Below, piece after piece: positions 9,219 to 18,830 of a stretch of DNA of 64,000 nt (its first letter is position 1; each line of letters opens with the position of its first letter). The stretch comes from Candidatus Uhrbacteria bacterium. GTDB lineage: Bacteria; Patescibacteriota; Patescibacteriia; UBA9934; GWF2-40-263. A model generated the notes under the pieces. The model ran no database searches. It worked only from the letters and a program-made list of their open reading frames with translations, and had not been told where the DNA came from. A program made the position numbers and the translations under genes. The stretch spans positions 2,386 to 66,385 of the forward strand of contig JAERTI010000043.1 of NCBI GenBank assembly GCA_016844925.1. Direction: 5' to 3'.

Positions 9219-10247
9219 TTACTCAGTGAGATCTCCGGCTTCAATCGCTTTTTCAATATCTTTACGAATGCTCTTGATGAGCTTTGGATTCTCACGAAGG
9301 AATCGTTTGGCATTCTCTCGCCCGAGACCAAGTTTTTCTTCTTTGTAGTAGTAGTTGTTTCCTTTCTTGTCGAGTACTCCATAAGGCACACCTAGCTCCA
9401 GTAGGTCTCCTGCAATAGAGATACCTTCGTTGTACATGATGTCGAACTCACAGGTGCGGAACGGAGGTGCGACTTTGTTCTTCACGATCTTGACCTTCGT
9501 TCTGTTTCCAATGATCTGGTCAGCCTGCTTGATCTGAGCGCGGCGACGGATCTCGATACGAACAGAGGAGTAGAACTTGAGCGCCTTACCACCAGTAGTG
9601 GTCTCAGGGTTGCCGAACATCACACCGATCTTCATGCGGATCTGGTTGATGAAGATAACCGTTGTGTTGGACTTGTTTACGATGGCGGCGAGCTTACGCA
9701 GAGCCTGGCTCATCAGTCGTGCTTGAAGTCCCATGTGGGAGTCTCCCATGTCGCCTTCAATTTCCGCTTTTGGTGTCAGGGCTGCAACGGAGTCAATGAC
9801 CACAACGTCCACAGCACTTGAGCGTACGAGCGTCTCAACGATCTCGAGCGCCTGTTCACCTGTGTCCGGCTGAGAGATAAAGAGCTCGTCGATGTTTACG
9901 CCGATCTTCTGTGCGTACTCTGGGTCAAGCGCGTGCTCAGCATCGACGTACGCGGCAAGACCTCCAGTCTTCTGCACTTCAGCCACAATGTGCTGGGCAA
10001 GGGTGGTCTTACCTGAGGACTCAGGACCGTAGACCTCAATGATGCGTCCACGGGGGACACCTCCGACGCCGAGGGCCAGATCCAGGGAAAGGCAGCCGGT
10101 GGAGATGGATTCAACCTTCATGGTCTGAGCCTCGCCCAGGCGCATGATGGCGCCGTCACCAAAACGTTGTTTGATTTGAGAAATGGCATCCAGTGCCGCC
10201 TTAGAACGTGCGTCTGTGTCGACCTCCTTGGTTACTTGTTTTGCCAT
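9219..10247 (-). CDS. recA: recombinase RecA
   Basis: GPESSGKTT Walker A. Full-length canonical RecA, 342 aa. Confidence 0.95.
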   Translation of the reverse strand: MAKQVTKEVDTDARSKAALDAISQIKQRFGDGAIMRLGEAQTMKVESISTGCLSLDLALGVGGVPRGRIIEVYGPESSGKTTLAQHIVAEVQKTGGLAAYVDAEHALDPEYAQKIGVNIDELFISQPDTGEQALEIVETLVRSSAVDVVVIDSVAALTPKAEIEGDMGDSHMGLQARLMSQALRKLAAIVNKSNTTVIFINQIRMKIGVMFGNPETTTGGKALKFYSSVRIEIRRRAQIKQADQIIGNRTKVKIVKNKVAPPFRTCEFDIMYNEGISIAGDLLELGVPYGVLDKKGNNYYYKEEKLGLGRENAKRFLRENPKLIKSIRKDIEKAIEAGDLTE

Positions 10248-10312
10248 AACATGGGATTTCAGGGAATGAGTGAGAATAGCTTAGCAGGGTAGGTAAAAGA
10301 TACAAGTGGATA

Positions 10313-10510
10313 CTAGCTGGCATCATCGAGCATGGACCAGGCTTTGTTATCCATCAGTTTTTTCTGAGCTTCCCAGGGGGTAAATACGCCAATAGGCTTG
10401 CCGTGTTTCATGATGACATAGCGCTTAAAGCCTTGTTGTTTTGTCACGCTTGCGAAATTACGCAGGAAGTCTCGGACGGATATGGGCTCCGTTTTGATAC
10501 TAGAAGCCAT
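10313..10510 (-). CDS. Phd/YefM-type antitoxin-like protein (orphan)
   Basis: Motif ISVRDFLRNFASV...YVIMKHGKPIGVFTPWE is typical of the prevent-host-death family. No toxin gene is adjacent. Confidence 0.5.
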   Translation of the reverse strand: MASSIKTEPISVRDFLRNFASVTKQQGFKRYVIMKHGKPIGVFTPWEAQKKLMDNKAWSMLDDAS

Positions 10511-10552
10511 AGGTTTGAGGGGATCATGACTTACAAAACCATTCAATCATCC

Positions 10553-10588
10553 TGTCAGACATTTGTCAAACAATTGTCTGACAAATAG
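10553..10588. promoter_or_regulatory. palindromic operator (TGTCAGACA-N13-TGTCTGACA) overlapping a -35 TTGACA upstream of the Phd-like gene
   Basis: 9-bp perfect inverted arms around a near-palindromic spacer. Located 45 nt upstream of the antitoxin start. Confidence 0.45.
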
Positions 10589-10633
10589 TGGAAAGAAAAT
10601 CCCGAGCGAGGGCTCGGGCGTACAGTGATCTCC

Positions 10634-10915
10634 TTAAGGGCTGTTCTGTTCGTCTACCTGTTTTTCGGCAGGGAGGCCCATGATGTACATCACGGCCGTG
10701 CATGACGGCACCGAATCGATGCCAACTTTTGAGAAGGCCTGTCGGTGAGTGATGATCTTGATGATCTCCCATCCCTCAGCAAGGAGCTGGTTCAGCACCT
10801 CTTCCGTCTTCTGGCTCGCGATGATCCGAGAGGGGCTTTGGTATTCGGTTCCTGCCGGCCGCACGTTTACCCTCAGGTTGGGGCCAGGGACATGCTTCAC
10901 TTTTACGTAACTCAC
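10634..10915 (-). CDS. hypothetical small protein (terminal cassette of array 1)
   Basis: 93-aa ORF. Its 5' leader, tcacgagcctgNtagcagg, is shared with the gene at 11957..12511. Confidence 0.4.
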   Translation of the reverse strand: MSYVKVKHVPGPNLRVNVRPAGTEYQSPSRIIASQKTEEVLNQLLAEGWEIIKIITHRQAFSKVGIDSVPSCTAVMYIMGLPAEKQVDEQNSP

Positions 10916-10963
10916 GATGAGTCCGGATTCACGAGCCTGGTAGCAGGTCGTGTGTTAGTTGGT

Positions 10964-11060
10964 TCCTCCATCTGACCGTCCGTCATCGACGGCGGGTCAG
11001 ATGGAGTCCCGAGCGTTTGCTTAGACTCCGAATCGTAAATATCGAGAGTCTTGAGCGGTT
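10964..11060 (-). repeat. cassette-boundary element (core CCTCCATC-variable-GATGGAGTCCCGAG on the + strand)
   Basis: The inverted repeat ctccatctgaccg...cggGtcagatggag is followed by tcccgagc. Confidence 0.7.
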
Positions 11061-11108
11061 GGCTCGGGGATCCCGCGTTGCGGGTCAGTTTTGGAGGCTG
11101 GCTCCAGC

Positions 11109-11738
11109 CTACTTGGAGGTAGGAGTCGTCTGTGGGCGGCAGAACACCCACTGCTTATCACCCCGCGACTTGATGTCGGGGCCGAAGAAGCTTGTGCTCA
11201 GGAAGCGCCTGTCGCGACGACGGCCCACAAGGAAGACCTTCAGGTTGCTTTCAATGTCCCTGAGGGGCTCCATAGCGATGAAGCGTATTTCGTCCACTGG
11301 CTGGTCGGGGTAGGCAAGACGAAGGGCCGGGCCAACTTCCGCAGGGCACAAGTCGAGCCCCAAGGCCTTGCTGGCCTTGTAAACCTGTCTCGTGGTCGCT
11401 CCTTTAGGAAAACCTAGTTCCACTGCAGTGAGCGAGACCAGCTCGACCTGTGTCGGCTTCGAGGCGCAGGGGGTTCTCTTCAGCAGGTCATCCGCCCAGT
11501 GGCTGGTGACGAAACCAGACTGATTGAAGGCCCGACGATAGGCTCGTCGGTTCTGATGCTGGCCTAAGGTGATGGTCCGCCAGGTGAGAGGTTTCTCCCA
11601 GGGGTTTTTCTTGAGCAAGAACCGTTTAAGAGCCACGAGCCACACACGCCCGTCAGGTCCTGCCAGCTTGTTTTCCAGGTCCAGTCGAGTCTCCTGGACC
11701 TCACTGAGTTCGAGCATGCCGAGCATGCCTTGAGACAT
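11109..11738 (-). CDS. hypothetical protein, paralog family A (with 25186..25776)
   Basis: Shares RFLLKKNPWEKPLTWRT and VELVSLTAVELGF with the protein at 25186..25776. Confidence 0.45.
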   Translation of the reverse strand: MSQGMLGMLELSEVQETRLDLENKLAGPDGRVWLVALKRFLLKKNPWEKPLTWRTITLGQHQNRRAYRRAFNQSGFVTSHWADDLLKRTPCASKPTQVELVSLTAVELGFPKGATTRQVYKASKALGLDLCPAEVGPALRLAYPDQPVDEIRFIAMEPLRDIESNLKVFLVGRRRDRRFLSTSFFGPDIKSRGDKQWVFCRPQTTPTSK

Positions 11739-11785
11739 AACCGGCTCCTTTCTCCAGCGGCACCCCGCTGGTGGGGAGGGTGTTT

Positions 11786-11925
11786 GTTCCTCCACCCCTC
11801 ATCTCGACAAGGTCGAAATGACAGATGGAGTCCCGAATCGCGTATCGATTCAGGAAGCTTTCCCCACATCCGCTGCATCTATAAAGACAGATGCCCGAAC
11901 GAACATGGGGGGACAAGGATTAGGG
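11786..11925 (-). repeat. cassette-boundary element with a second hairpin (CCCGAATCG...CGATTCAGG) and a CCCACA...TGGGGG arm
   Basis: Conserved motif gatggagtcccgaatcgcgtatcgattcagga. Confidence 0.7.
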
Positions 11926-11956
11926 GAGGTCCGTATTTACCTTCAGGAAGCCTGCG

Positions 11957-12511
11957 CTAGACAGAAGCCTCCTGGGATGTCTTGGGTCTACGCCAGCGCA
12001 GCAGCTTGAGCAGCCGCTCATGCGAGATGGCACCAGTGTCCCAGGCGCGAGTGAACCAGTCACCGGCACCTTTGCCACCGAGCAAATATCCCTCAGGACA
12101 CCGCGCTGTTCCTTGTGACCACATTCCTCGAAGAGCGGTTTGGTTCTGTAGCGCCTGCAGCAGATGCGCACGTCGCTCGGGACACGAAGCGTCCCAGATC
12201 TGCAGCAGCGGCGGAAGGAAACGCTGCACTGCCAGAATGGTTCCGGAGATTCTCGCCCTTCGAAAGTTGGCCTTATGCAGGTTCGTCCCGTACAGACGCG
12301 CTTTACGCAGGTCCGCACCATAGAGGTCCGCACCGTACAGGTTCGCACCATACAGGTTCGCCTCAGACAGGTCCGCTCCGCGCAGGTCTGTTCGAGATAG
12401 GTTGAGTTGAACCCCTGGGTTTGCTTTTCGCCAGGTGGCGATGACTCGTTTGCCACCTACGGCCCGGATTTGTTCCATTAGGTTCTTCTTGTTGTACTTC
12501 GTCATGGCCAT
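11957..12511 (-). CDS. pentapeptide-repeat protein (C-terminal subtype 1)
   Basis: A(D/N)LxG repeats, N-terminal ATWRKANPGVQLNL motif, and a C-terminus ISHERLLKLLRWRRPKT that is paralogous to 30643..31386. Confidence 0.7.
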   Translation of the reverse strand: MAMTKYNKKNLMEQIRAVGGKRVIATWRKANPGVQLNLSRTDLRGADLSEANLYGANLYGADLYGADLRKARLYGTNLHKANFRRARISGTILAVQRFLPPLLQIWDASCPERRAHLLQALQNQTALRGMWSQGTARCPEGYLLGGKGAGDWFTRAWDTGAISHERLLKLLRWRRPKTSQEASV

Positions 12512-12557
12512 GGGGCCACCTCTGGTTCACGAGCCTGTTAGCAGGCCGTATGTTGCT

Positions 12558-12700
12558 GTTCCTCCATCTCTCATCTCGACCGGAGTCAAAACAAGGGATG
12601 GAGTCCCGAGCCGTATGCTCGGGCCGTTCCCTCTCAAGTGAATTAGAACTGGTCTTTGTATTACCACGATCCTAATTCCGTCCATGAGATGGGGTGTGGG
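12558..12700 (-). repeat. cassette-boundary element plus an AT-rich hairpin module (GAATCAGAACTGG...CCTGATTC)
   Basis: ctccatctctcatctcgaccggagtcaaaacaagggatggagtcccgagccgtatgctcggg. The extra module also occurs at 25930 and 33070. Confidence 0.7.
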
Positions 12701-12702
12701 AG

Positions 12703-13011
12703 TTACCTTGTGTTCTCAATCAGATACATGGCTGTAAACCAACTAGCACCCGTGAGGATCCAGATGAAGGTGAAAACCCAGCCAATCTTTTTCATGCCCT
12801 TCCAGACAAGATCTGCCACCCCCCAGAAGAGGTAGAAAGAGTTTGCTGTCACCAGTGGGAGCAGTAGTAGTGGAAGGGTCCACTGCTCAGCAACGCTTTT
12901 CTCGTTGATGAACGTGAGCTTGTGCATCTCCAGCACAAGGGTCATGAATCCGACGATGCTCAGCATCATTTGGACACTCACCCAAGCAAGTTCTTTTCGA
13001 TGACGCTTCAT
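12703..13011 (-). CDS. small membrane protein
   Basis: Multiple TM helices. The N-terminal extension in the track ORF is translated repeat sequence. Confidence 0.45.
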   Translation of the reverse strand: MKRHRKELAWVSVQMMLSIVGFMTLVLEMHKLTFINEKSVAEQWTLPLLLLPLVTANSFYLFWGVADLVWKGMKKIGWVFTFIWILTGASWFTAMYLIENTR

Positions 13012-13084
13012 CTCGTGCCTTTCTGCGGCTTGACTGACCGCACCCACCTTGGTCCAATCCAAGGTGGTTTTCTGTTGAAGATCG

Positions 13085-13232
13085 ATTCCTCCATCTCCTC
13101 TCTCGACCGGAGTCAAAACAGAGGATGGAGTCCCGAATCGCGTATTCGATTCAGGATTTCGTGCCCACAGCCGCTGTTCGTGATTCGCCTCTGACCAAGC
13201 TGGTCAATGAACGAACGGGAACGGATGTGGGG
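13085..13232 (-). repeat. cassette-boundary element (hairpin 1, CCCGAATCG hairpin 2, and the CCCACAGCCGCTGTTCG...CGAACGGGAACGGATGTGGG arm)
   Basis: Direct read. The same tripartite unit occurs at 14829-14990 and 28380-28525. Confidence 0.75.
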
Positions 13233-13247
13233 GTTCTTGCGACCGGT

Positions 13248-13709
13248 TTAGTCGCTGTTGCGCATGCGGATGCACACCTCGGGCACATCGGTTGTTGCGC
13301 AGATCGTCACAGATACCTTCTTACCGGTGGCTGCCAGTTCGATGGTGATCGGTGGGAAACGTACGTCATACCCATCGTCAACATCGACGAGAGTTGCTTG
13401 GCAGAACTCCTCGTGAGTGATCGTCTTGATCAGGATCAGGTTCAGTGCCTCCTGAGGAGAGACAAGGATCACGTCGAGTTGATCCAGTCCTGGGCCACCG
13501 TCCTCCATCATCGAGATGTGGGTGGTCAGTTGGCCGTGCGTTGCCCTCAGATCTTCTTCGTTCACACGGATGAAGAAGCCGATGTCCACGCAGATGTCGT
13601 CTCCGAAGATGGCTCCACGCTTGCCAAGGATTTCGAAGACCTCTCCGTTGGTTTTGGCCAGGCCTTCGCCCAGCACAAACGTCCACTTGAATTCACTGTC
13701 CGTCAACAT
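13248..13709 (-). CDS. hypothetical protein
   Basis: 153-aa ORF. A lacO-like palindrome, GTGAGC-N4-GCTCAC, lies upstream at about 13770-13790. Confidence 0.4.
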   Translation of the reverse strand: MLTDSEFKWTFVLGEGLAKTNGEVFEILGKRGAIFGDDICVDIGFFIRVNEEDLRATHGQLTTHISMMEDGGPGLDQLDVILVSPQEALNLILIKTITHEEFCQATLVDVDDGYDVRFPPITIELAATGKKVSVTICATTDVPEVCIRMRNSD

Positions 13710-13854
13710 GACATTCTCCTACGGGTATTCCTCCCCGCAAAGGTCACACGGGTTGTGTGAAATTGTGAGCGAGTGCTCACTAATCCATACGCAAGGATTT
13801 ACGTACGGATCAGTGCTCTCGGTTCATATGAGCTGTGGAGCTTCTGTTTTAGTG

Positions 13855-13985
13855 CTGTTCCTCCATCTCGCGCCTCGACGGCTGTCGAAACAAGGGATGG
13901 AGTCCCGAGCTGCGTGAGCGCTCTAGAGACTCCTTTGCCAGTCTTTTTCCCTGGCAGGGTCTCGAGCCGTGCTCGGGAAGTGGTC
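13855..13985 (-). repeat. cassette-boundary element with the CTCTAGAGACTCC...CTCGAGC...GCTCGGGAAGTGG extension
   Basis: Direct read. The same extension follows the elements at 25060, 30440, 33840, 34600 and 35170. Confidence 0.7.
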
Positions 13986-14031
13986 GCTATTAGCGATAAG
14001 TACCAGGGTTCGTTGTTCCTGGTTCGGTTTT

Positions 14032-14487
14032 TTACTTCTCCTTTTGGAAGTTTGTCTGGTAGCCACAGGCGATGGCGGCCACCAAGATTGAAGGATTGAG
14101 TCCCCAGCAAGTTTCGAGTTCCTTGCAGGTGGCCCACATGGTTGCAGGCTGGTCCAGCGTTGTTTTGCTGAAAGTTGTTTCATACAGGGACGCCCCACTC
14201 AGGTCTGCCTCAGTCAGGTCCGCCCCAATCAGGTCTGCTGCTTCCAGGTCCGCTCCAGCAAGGTTCGCGTCTTTGAGATTTGCCCCGTTCAGACGCGCGG
14301 CACACAAGAATGCTCTTCTCAGGTCTGTCCCACGGAGGTTCGCTCCGCTCAAGATCATCCAACCCATGTTCACCCCAGCCAAGTCTGCATAGGAGAGGTT
14401 TAGTTGGATCCCTGGATTCGCTAGTTGCCAAGCACGGAGGGTTACATTCCCTTTTTTCACAAGGGCGACATGTTCACGATTGGCCAC
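14032..14487 (-). CDS. pentapeptide-repeat protein (C-terminal subtype 2: MWATCKELETCWGL)
   Basis: GTG start giving (M)ANREHVALV, matching paralogs that begin MANxxHVAxV. Confidence 0.65.
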   Translation of the reverse strand: MANREHVALVKKGNVTLRAWQLANPGIQLNLSYADLAGVNMGWMILSGANLRGTDLRRAFLCAARLNGANLKDANLAGADLEAADLIGADLTEADLSGASLYETTFSKTTLDQPATMWATCKELETCWGLNPSILVAAIACGYQTNFQKEK

Positions 14488-14552
14488 AGACCAATCCCCC
14501 TTTCTTCCTGGGTCCACCAGGTTAGTGAGCTTTCGCTCGGGTTGATAAGATC

Positions 14553-14690
14553 TTCCTCCATCTCACCGTCCGTCTTAGACGGCAGGTCAGATGGAGTCCC
14601 GAATCTGCGTTCTAGATTCAGGAATTCGTTTCCCACATGACGCTGCACCTGTAAGGACAGGTACCCAAACGTCTGTGGGTGTGTGTTTGA
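14553..14690 (-). repeat. cassette-boundary element
   Basis: ctccatctcaccgtccgtcttagacggcaggtcagatggagtcccgaatctgcgttctagattcagga. Confidence 0.7.
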
Positions 14691-14828
14691 GTTTGATGAG
14701 CCAGTTCCTGTCCATAGCCATGGACACTCCTTTCTACCGCTTTACGGGCGGCGTTCACAGGGGTTCTAGCTCCTGTGGGTGTGGGTTGTCTCCGGCGTGC
14801 CGGAGTGTGATGAACTTCTGGAGAATCA

Positions 14829-14990
14829 TTCCTCCATCTCAGAGAGCTAGTAGCTGATGGCTAAAAGCTAATCGTTCTCTAGGATAGAGTCCCGAATCGC
14901 GTATTCGATTCAGGAAGTCTCTCCCACAACCGCTGTTCGTGATTCGCCTCTGACCGAGCTGGTCAACGAACGAACGGGAACGGACGTGGG
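14829..14990 (-). repeat. cassette-boundary element; the 14690-14829 interval has no convincing ORF (possible empty cassette)
   Basis: ctccatctcagagagctagtagctgatggctaaaagc...gatagagtcccgaatcgcgtattcgattcagga followed by the CCCACA arm. Confidence 0.65.
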
Positions 14991-15109
14991 ATGTATGTGT
15001 GTTTTTATTCGAGCAGGTCACACGCCTGCGTGAACGTTTTGAAACGGCGCCATCTCAGAAGCTACTTGTGAGAGATAATTCCGTTGTCGCAGATTCAGGT
15101 GAAGTCATT

Positions 15110-15769
15110 TCATGTGCCATCGCCATCGAGTAGGTAGCCTTCCGGACACTTGTCCGTCGCTGTTTTTGACCACAAATCTTGCAGTGCCATACCATGATAG
15201 CGCAAGCTCACGATGAGCTGTCCGCGACGTTCTAGACACAAGCTGTCCCAGAGTTGCAGCAGTGGAGCTAGGAATGTCTTCACATCTAGGATGGTGCCAC
15301 CGATACGAGCATTTTCGAGGTCCGCTCCATTCAGGGCTGCCCCGCTCAGTTTCGCCTCGCGCAGGTCCGCTCCATTCAAGGCTGCCCCGTCCAGTTTCGT
15401 CTCGCGCAAGTCCGCCCTGCGCAGGTCCACCTCATTCAGGGTTGCCCTTTCCAGGTTTGCCATATACAAGTGCGTAGAGCGTAGGTCCGCCCCATTCAGT
15501 TTGGCCTCGCGCAGGTCCGCACCGCTCAGGTACGACCGGGGCATGTACGCACCGCGCAGGTCCGCCTCGCGCAGGTCCGCCTCGCGCAGGTCCACCCCGT
15601 CCAGTTTCGTCTCGCGCAGGTCCGCCCCGCGCAGGTCCGCATTGAACAGGTTGATCGAGTAAAGTTTGGCGCCATGCAGGTCCAGGCGGACCCCTGGGTT
15701 CTCTTCTCGCCACTTTGCAATAGCATCTGTTCTTCGTCGCACCACGGCGACGTGATCAGGATTGGCCAT
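15110..15769 (-). CDS. pentapeptide-repeat protein (subtype 1)
   Basis: Tandem ADLRxxxL repeats, N-terminal KWREENPGVRLDL, C-terminal GTILDVKTFLAPLLQLWDS domain. Confidence 0.7.
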   Translation of the reverse strand: MANPDHVAVVRRRTDAIAKWREENPGVRLDLHGAKLYSINLFNADLRGADLRETKLDGVDLREADLREADLRGAYMPRSYLSGADLREAKLNGADLRSTHLYMANLERATLNEVDLRRADLRETKLDGAALNGADLREAKLSGAALNGADLENARIGGTILDVKTFLAPLLQLWDSLCLERRGQLIVSLRYHGMALQDLWSKTATDKCPEGYLLDGDGT

Positions 15770-15837
15770 GGACCAGAACCCCTTTTCTTCCTGGATCCGC
15801 CAGGCCGGCCAGCAAAGCTGGTGGGTAAAAGATCATT

Positions 15838-15995
15838 CCTCCATCCCAGACAGCTAGTAGCTGATAGCTAACGGCTATAGCTAATCGCTATCTAAGATGG
15901 AGTCCCCGTCCCTCGATGGATAGCGAGGGGACCGGGCAGGCCGAGCCGTAGCGCTCGGGTGTCCCTCCTCTGGGCGGATTCCCAGGGGAGGAGGT
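15838..15995 (-). repeat. cassette-boundary element plus a 3' hairpin CCTCCTCTGGGCGGATTCCCAGGGGAGGAGG
   Basis: Direct read. A homologous 3' hairpin occurs at 31567-31600. Confidence 0.7.
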
Positions 15996-16005
15996 GTTGT
16001 TGAGA

Positions 16006-16539
16006 CTAGCTGTTTGTGCTCTCGGGCTTGTACCCGCCCGCGACAGCGTCAGTGTAGAGGCCGTGGGGAAGTCCCCAACAGGTCTCCAGGTTCTTGCAGG
16101 TGGCCCACATGCTCACAGGTTGGTTCATCTTCGCCCCGGACAGGTTCGCCCCGGACAGATTCGCCCAGGACAGGTTCGCCCCGGACAGGTTCGCCTCGCG
16201 CAGGTCTGCACCGTGCAGGTTCGACCCGGACAGGTTCACCCCGCTCAGGTCCACCTCGTTCAGGTCCGCTTGGCGCAGGTCCGCTTGGCGCAGGTTCGTA
16301 CCGGCCAGGTGTGCCCAGCGCAGGTCTGCACCGTGCAGGTCCGACCCGGACAGGTCGGTACGGGCCAGGTGTGCCCAGCGCAGGTCTGCACCGTGCAGGT
16401 CCGACCCGGATAGGTTCGCCCCGCGCAGGTCTGCACCGCACAGGTCCAGATGGGCTTCCGGGTTCTCGCGCTTCCAGGTGGAGATGACTTTCTTGCCGTT
16501 GCCGGCCTGAATGCCTTCGATGACGTTCTGGATAGTCAT
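16006..16539 (-). CDS. pentapeptide-repeat protein (subtype 2)
   Basis: Start MTIQNVIEGIQ follows the conserved leader gcagagaggagtggccccgtggccATG. Confidence 0.7.
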   Translation of the reverse strand: MTIQNVIEGIQAGNGKKVISTWKRENPEAHLDLCGADLRGANLSGSDLHGADLRWAHLARTDLSGSDLHGADLRWAHLAGTNLRQADLRQADLNEVDLSGVNLSGSNLHGADLREANLSGANLSWANLSGANLSGAKMNQPVSMWATCKNLETCWGLPHGLYTDAVAGGYKPESTNS

Positions 16540-16544
16540 GGCCA

Positions 16545-16770
16545 CGGGGCCACTCCTCTCTGCAGCTTGACTTGCCGCATCCACCTGAGGATTCCAGTCC
16601 TCGGTGGGGTTGTGTGGAAAGATCGTTCCTCCATCTCCTCTCTCGACCGGAGTCGAAACAGGGGATGGAGTCCTGAATCGCGTATCGATTCAGGGGTTGT
16701 CTCCCACCTTCGCTGCTTCCCTTTGCCTCTGACCGAGCTGGTCAACGAGGAAGCTTGAACGAATGTGGGA
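16545..16770 (-). repeat. cassette-boundary element including the conserved 5' leader module (GCAGAGAGGA RBS and CCCCAC...GTGG hairpin)
   Basis: Direct read. Homologous leaders occur at 27490, 30370 and 33770. Confidence 0.7.
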
Positions 16771-16783
16771 TCTGTACACAGTG

Positions 16784-17773
16784 CTATGCCTTTACGGCAA
16801 GCATGTAGTGCTCGCTGATATCCTCTTCGAGGAAGAGAATGTTCTTGGTCCAGGCATCGCCATTGTAGTACAGGTATTCCACACCCCTAGACGTGCTGAA
16901 ACCTGCGCTGTTCTGAGTCTGAAAAATGGTTCCAGCAAACAAGATGCTCGTCATCGGTTCGCTTTTCCATCGCTCAGGAATCAGTTCCGGATGCTCGAGC
17001 AGATGATCCAAGACCCTGGCGTTCAACCACGGCTTATCGACCATGAGTTCAAGAGCTTTTTCAAGTGGTCGCCCAACGTGGGCCTTCATGAAGAAGAGGG
17101 CCATCCCGTTTGAGGTGCACCGGACGATGCCATTGAATCGCTTTTCGTGCTCTGTGAAGCCGTCCCGCTGGCGGCACGGCTTATCTGCATCGACAAGCTC
17201 AACGCGCGTCAGCAGGTCATTGTGTCGGTCGATGAGGATCATGAAATCCCATTGACTCCTGCAAATGCGCACCTCGATCTTGTGAGCGGTCGATCCATCG
17301 AGGTTCATTTCGGGGATCAACTGCACCAGTCCTGGCTGCAACAAAGTGGCTTGAGAGAGCAGTTGTTCCAAAGAGGGAAACTGCATTGAGCCGTGCACCC
17401 AATTTGGACGCGCCGCTGTCTTTGGCTTCTCCATCCGCTCCAGGTGTTGGGACAGAAGTCGGATGGCTGCCACCTCAGAGAGGGTAACGATCAGGTTCAG
17501 TCCCAATGAAGGTGATTTCTCCTCCTTCGACATGCGTGCTTTGACGACGCGATTGAGGACGTCTGCAAACGATTCGAGTTCGAGCAAGGGAGTCCAGCAA
17601 TCAGTTGCCGGTGCATCCCACGGAACTCCCCTGCGAAGGTTCAGTTCACCTGAGGTGTGCAAGAACAAACGTTCTTGTTCGGGGTGATAGAAGCCGCTTG
17701 TCTCGAAGATGGTCCAGACACCCATGCGGTACTTGATGTTTTCCTGAGCACCTGAGAGTGCGCTTTTGAACAT
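16784..17773 (-). CDS. hypothetical protein, paralog family B (ELIPExWK ... FxGTIF motif)
   Basis: AAAGGAGG RBS. A TGTGACA-ggg-catGTCACA palindrome lies just upstream. The C-terminal motif is shared with 19554, 26459 and 33193. Confidence 0.5.
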   Translation of the reverse strand: MFKSALSGAQENIKYRMGVWTIFETSGFYHPEQERLFLHTSGELNLRRGVPWDAPATDCWTPLLELESFADVLNRVVKARMSKEEKSPSLGLNLIVTLSEVAAIRLLSQHLERMEKPKTAARPNWVHGSMQFPSLEQLLSQATLLQPGLVQLIPEMNLDGSTAHKIEVRICRSQWDFMILIDRHNDLLTRVELVDADKPCRQRDGFTEHEKRFNGIVRCTSNGMALFFMKAHVGRPLEKALELMVDKPWLNARVLDHLLEHPELIPERWKSEPMTSILFAGTIFQTQNSAGFSTSRGVEYLYYNGDAWTKNILFLEEDISEHYMLAVKA

Positions 17774-17835
17774 CTGTATCCTCCTTTGTGACATGCCCTG
17801 TCACATGGGCGAGCTTATGCTCGAGTAAAAAGATC

Positions 17836-17935
17836 TTCCTCCATCTCCTCTCTCGACCGGAGTCGAAATAGGGGATGGAGTCCCGAGCGCAAGCGTTCAG
17901 GACCCCGTCTTGGGTCCAAGCCGCTTGGCTCGGGT
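17836..17935 (-). repeat. cassette-boundary element
   Basis: ctccatctcctctctcgaccggagtcgaaataggggatggagtcccgagcgc...gctcggg. Confidence 0.7.
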
Positions 17936-17940
17936 TCGTT

Positions 17941-18663
17941 TCAGTCTCCCAGAGAGGGAGGTTCCAGCGAGAGCTGGTCCACGCGCCCGATGTACGGACT
18001 GTGGAACTCGGCCGCGCGGTCGAGTTGCTCGCGCCAGTACTTGTCGTCCTCGATGACCAGGCGCGTCATGAGCGTCGAGTAGATGTCCCAGAACCGGTCT
18101 TCGGTCATGCCGCGACTCGCCATGCCCGCCAGCAAGCGCAGGAGGGTGATGAAGCTCCAGTAGCCCGAGATCGTCCAGATGACGATCCAGAGGTGCGTGT
18201 TGTGCCCCAGAGGTTCATTGAGTTTGGTGAGGAGGATCATCACGGTGGTGAACCAGATGGACATCGGCAAGCTCCGCCACAGGATGAACCACTTGGTCTG
18301 TCGCTCTGCCGTCTTCTTGAAGGACGCCTGTTGACTCACGAAGGAGGGGAGTCCGTACTGAGCGGTGTCGACCATCTCACGCATGGCCGCGATAATCGGG
18401 TACTGGATTCCACGTGCGTGGTTGTCCATGAACCCGAGGATGATGCTGTAGTCCCGCCCTTTCTCGATCATCTCCTTGATCTCGGGGATGTCGAAGTGCA
18501 GGGCGAAGCCACGGGTCAGGACCAGTCCCACCCGGTAGATGAGGTGTCCCAGCGTTCCGGTGACCAGCAGGACCAGGATGACCCAGCCCAACGGCTCGGG
18601 AATGCTCGGGAGCGCCTCGAGCAGCTGCTCGTAGTAACGGTTGAAGGTATCCAAGGTGCTTCT
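17941..18663 (-). CDS. membrane protein (start uncertain; probable TTG start)
   Basis: The track ORF 17941..18873 has an N-terminus that is translated repeat sequence, so it was trimmed. 5-6 TM helices. Confidence 0.4.
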   Translation of the reverse strand, partial: RSTLDTFNRYYEQLLEALPSIPEPLGWVILVLLVTGTLGHLIYRVGLVLTRGFALHFDIPEIKEMIEKGRDYSIILGFMDNHARGIQYPIIAAMREMVDTAQYGLPSFVSQQASFKKTAERQTKWFILWRSLPMSIWFTTVMILLTKLNEPLGHNTHLWIVIWTISGYWSFITLLRLLAGMASRGMTEDRFWDIYSTLMTRLVIEDDKYWREQLDRAAEFHSPYIGRVDQLSLEPPSLGD

Positions 18664-18674
18664 CGACTTTCTCC

Positions 18675-18830
18675 AGCGAACCCCGCTGGCGGGTTTGGTT
18701 GAAGCGGTTGCTCCATCTCCCGTCTCGACCGAAGTCGAAGCGGGGGATGGAGTCCCGAACGTACAAGTGCCGGTTACTCCACCCAACGAGGTGTTGGTGG
18801 GTTCCGGTGTCGTTCGGGTCGTTGTGATCC
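18675..18830 (-). repeat. cassette-boundary element with the CGTACAAGTGCCGG...TGTTCGGG extension
   Basis: Direct read. The extension is shared with the elements at 23150 and 27640. Confidence 0.7.

Noticed and set aside
8426-9391. Full 321-aa extent of track ORF 8426..9391
   Set aside because: Its 5' 170 nt overlap the recA coding region on the same strand in another frame. It was trimmed to the first in-frame ATG after the recA stop, which has an RBS.
14829-15995. Hammerhead-like or other self-cleaving ribozyme in the elements, given the CTGATGG / CTGATAGC segments
   Set aside because: There is no CUGANGA...GAAA...UH core and no three-way junction geometry. The similarity is limited to a few nucleotides.
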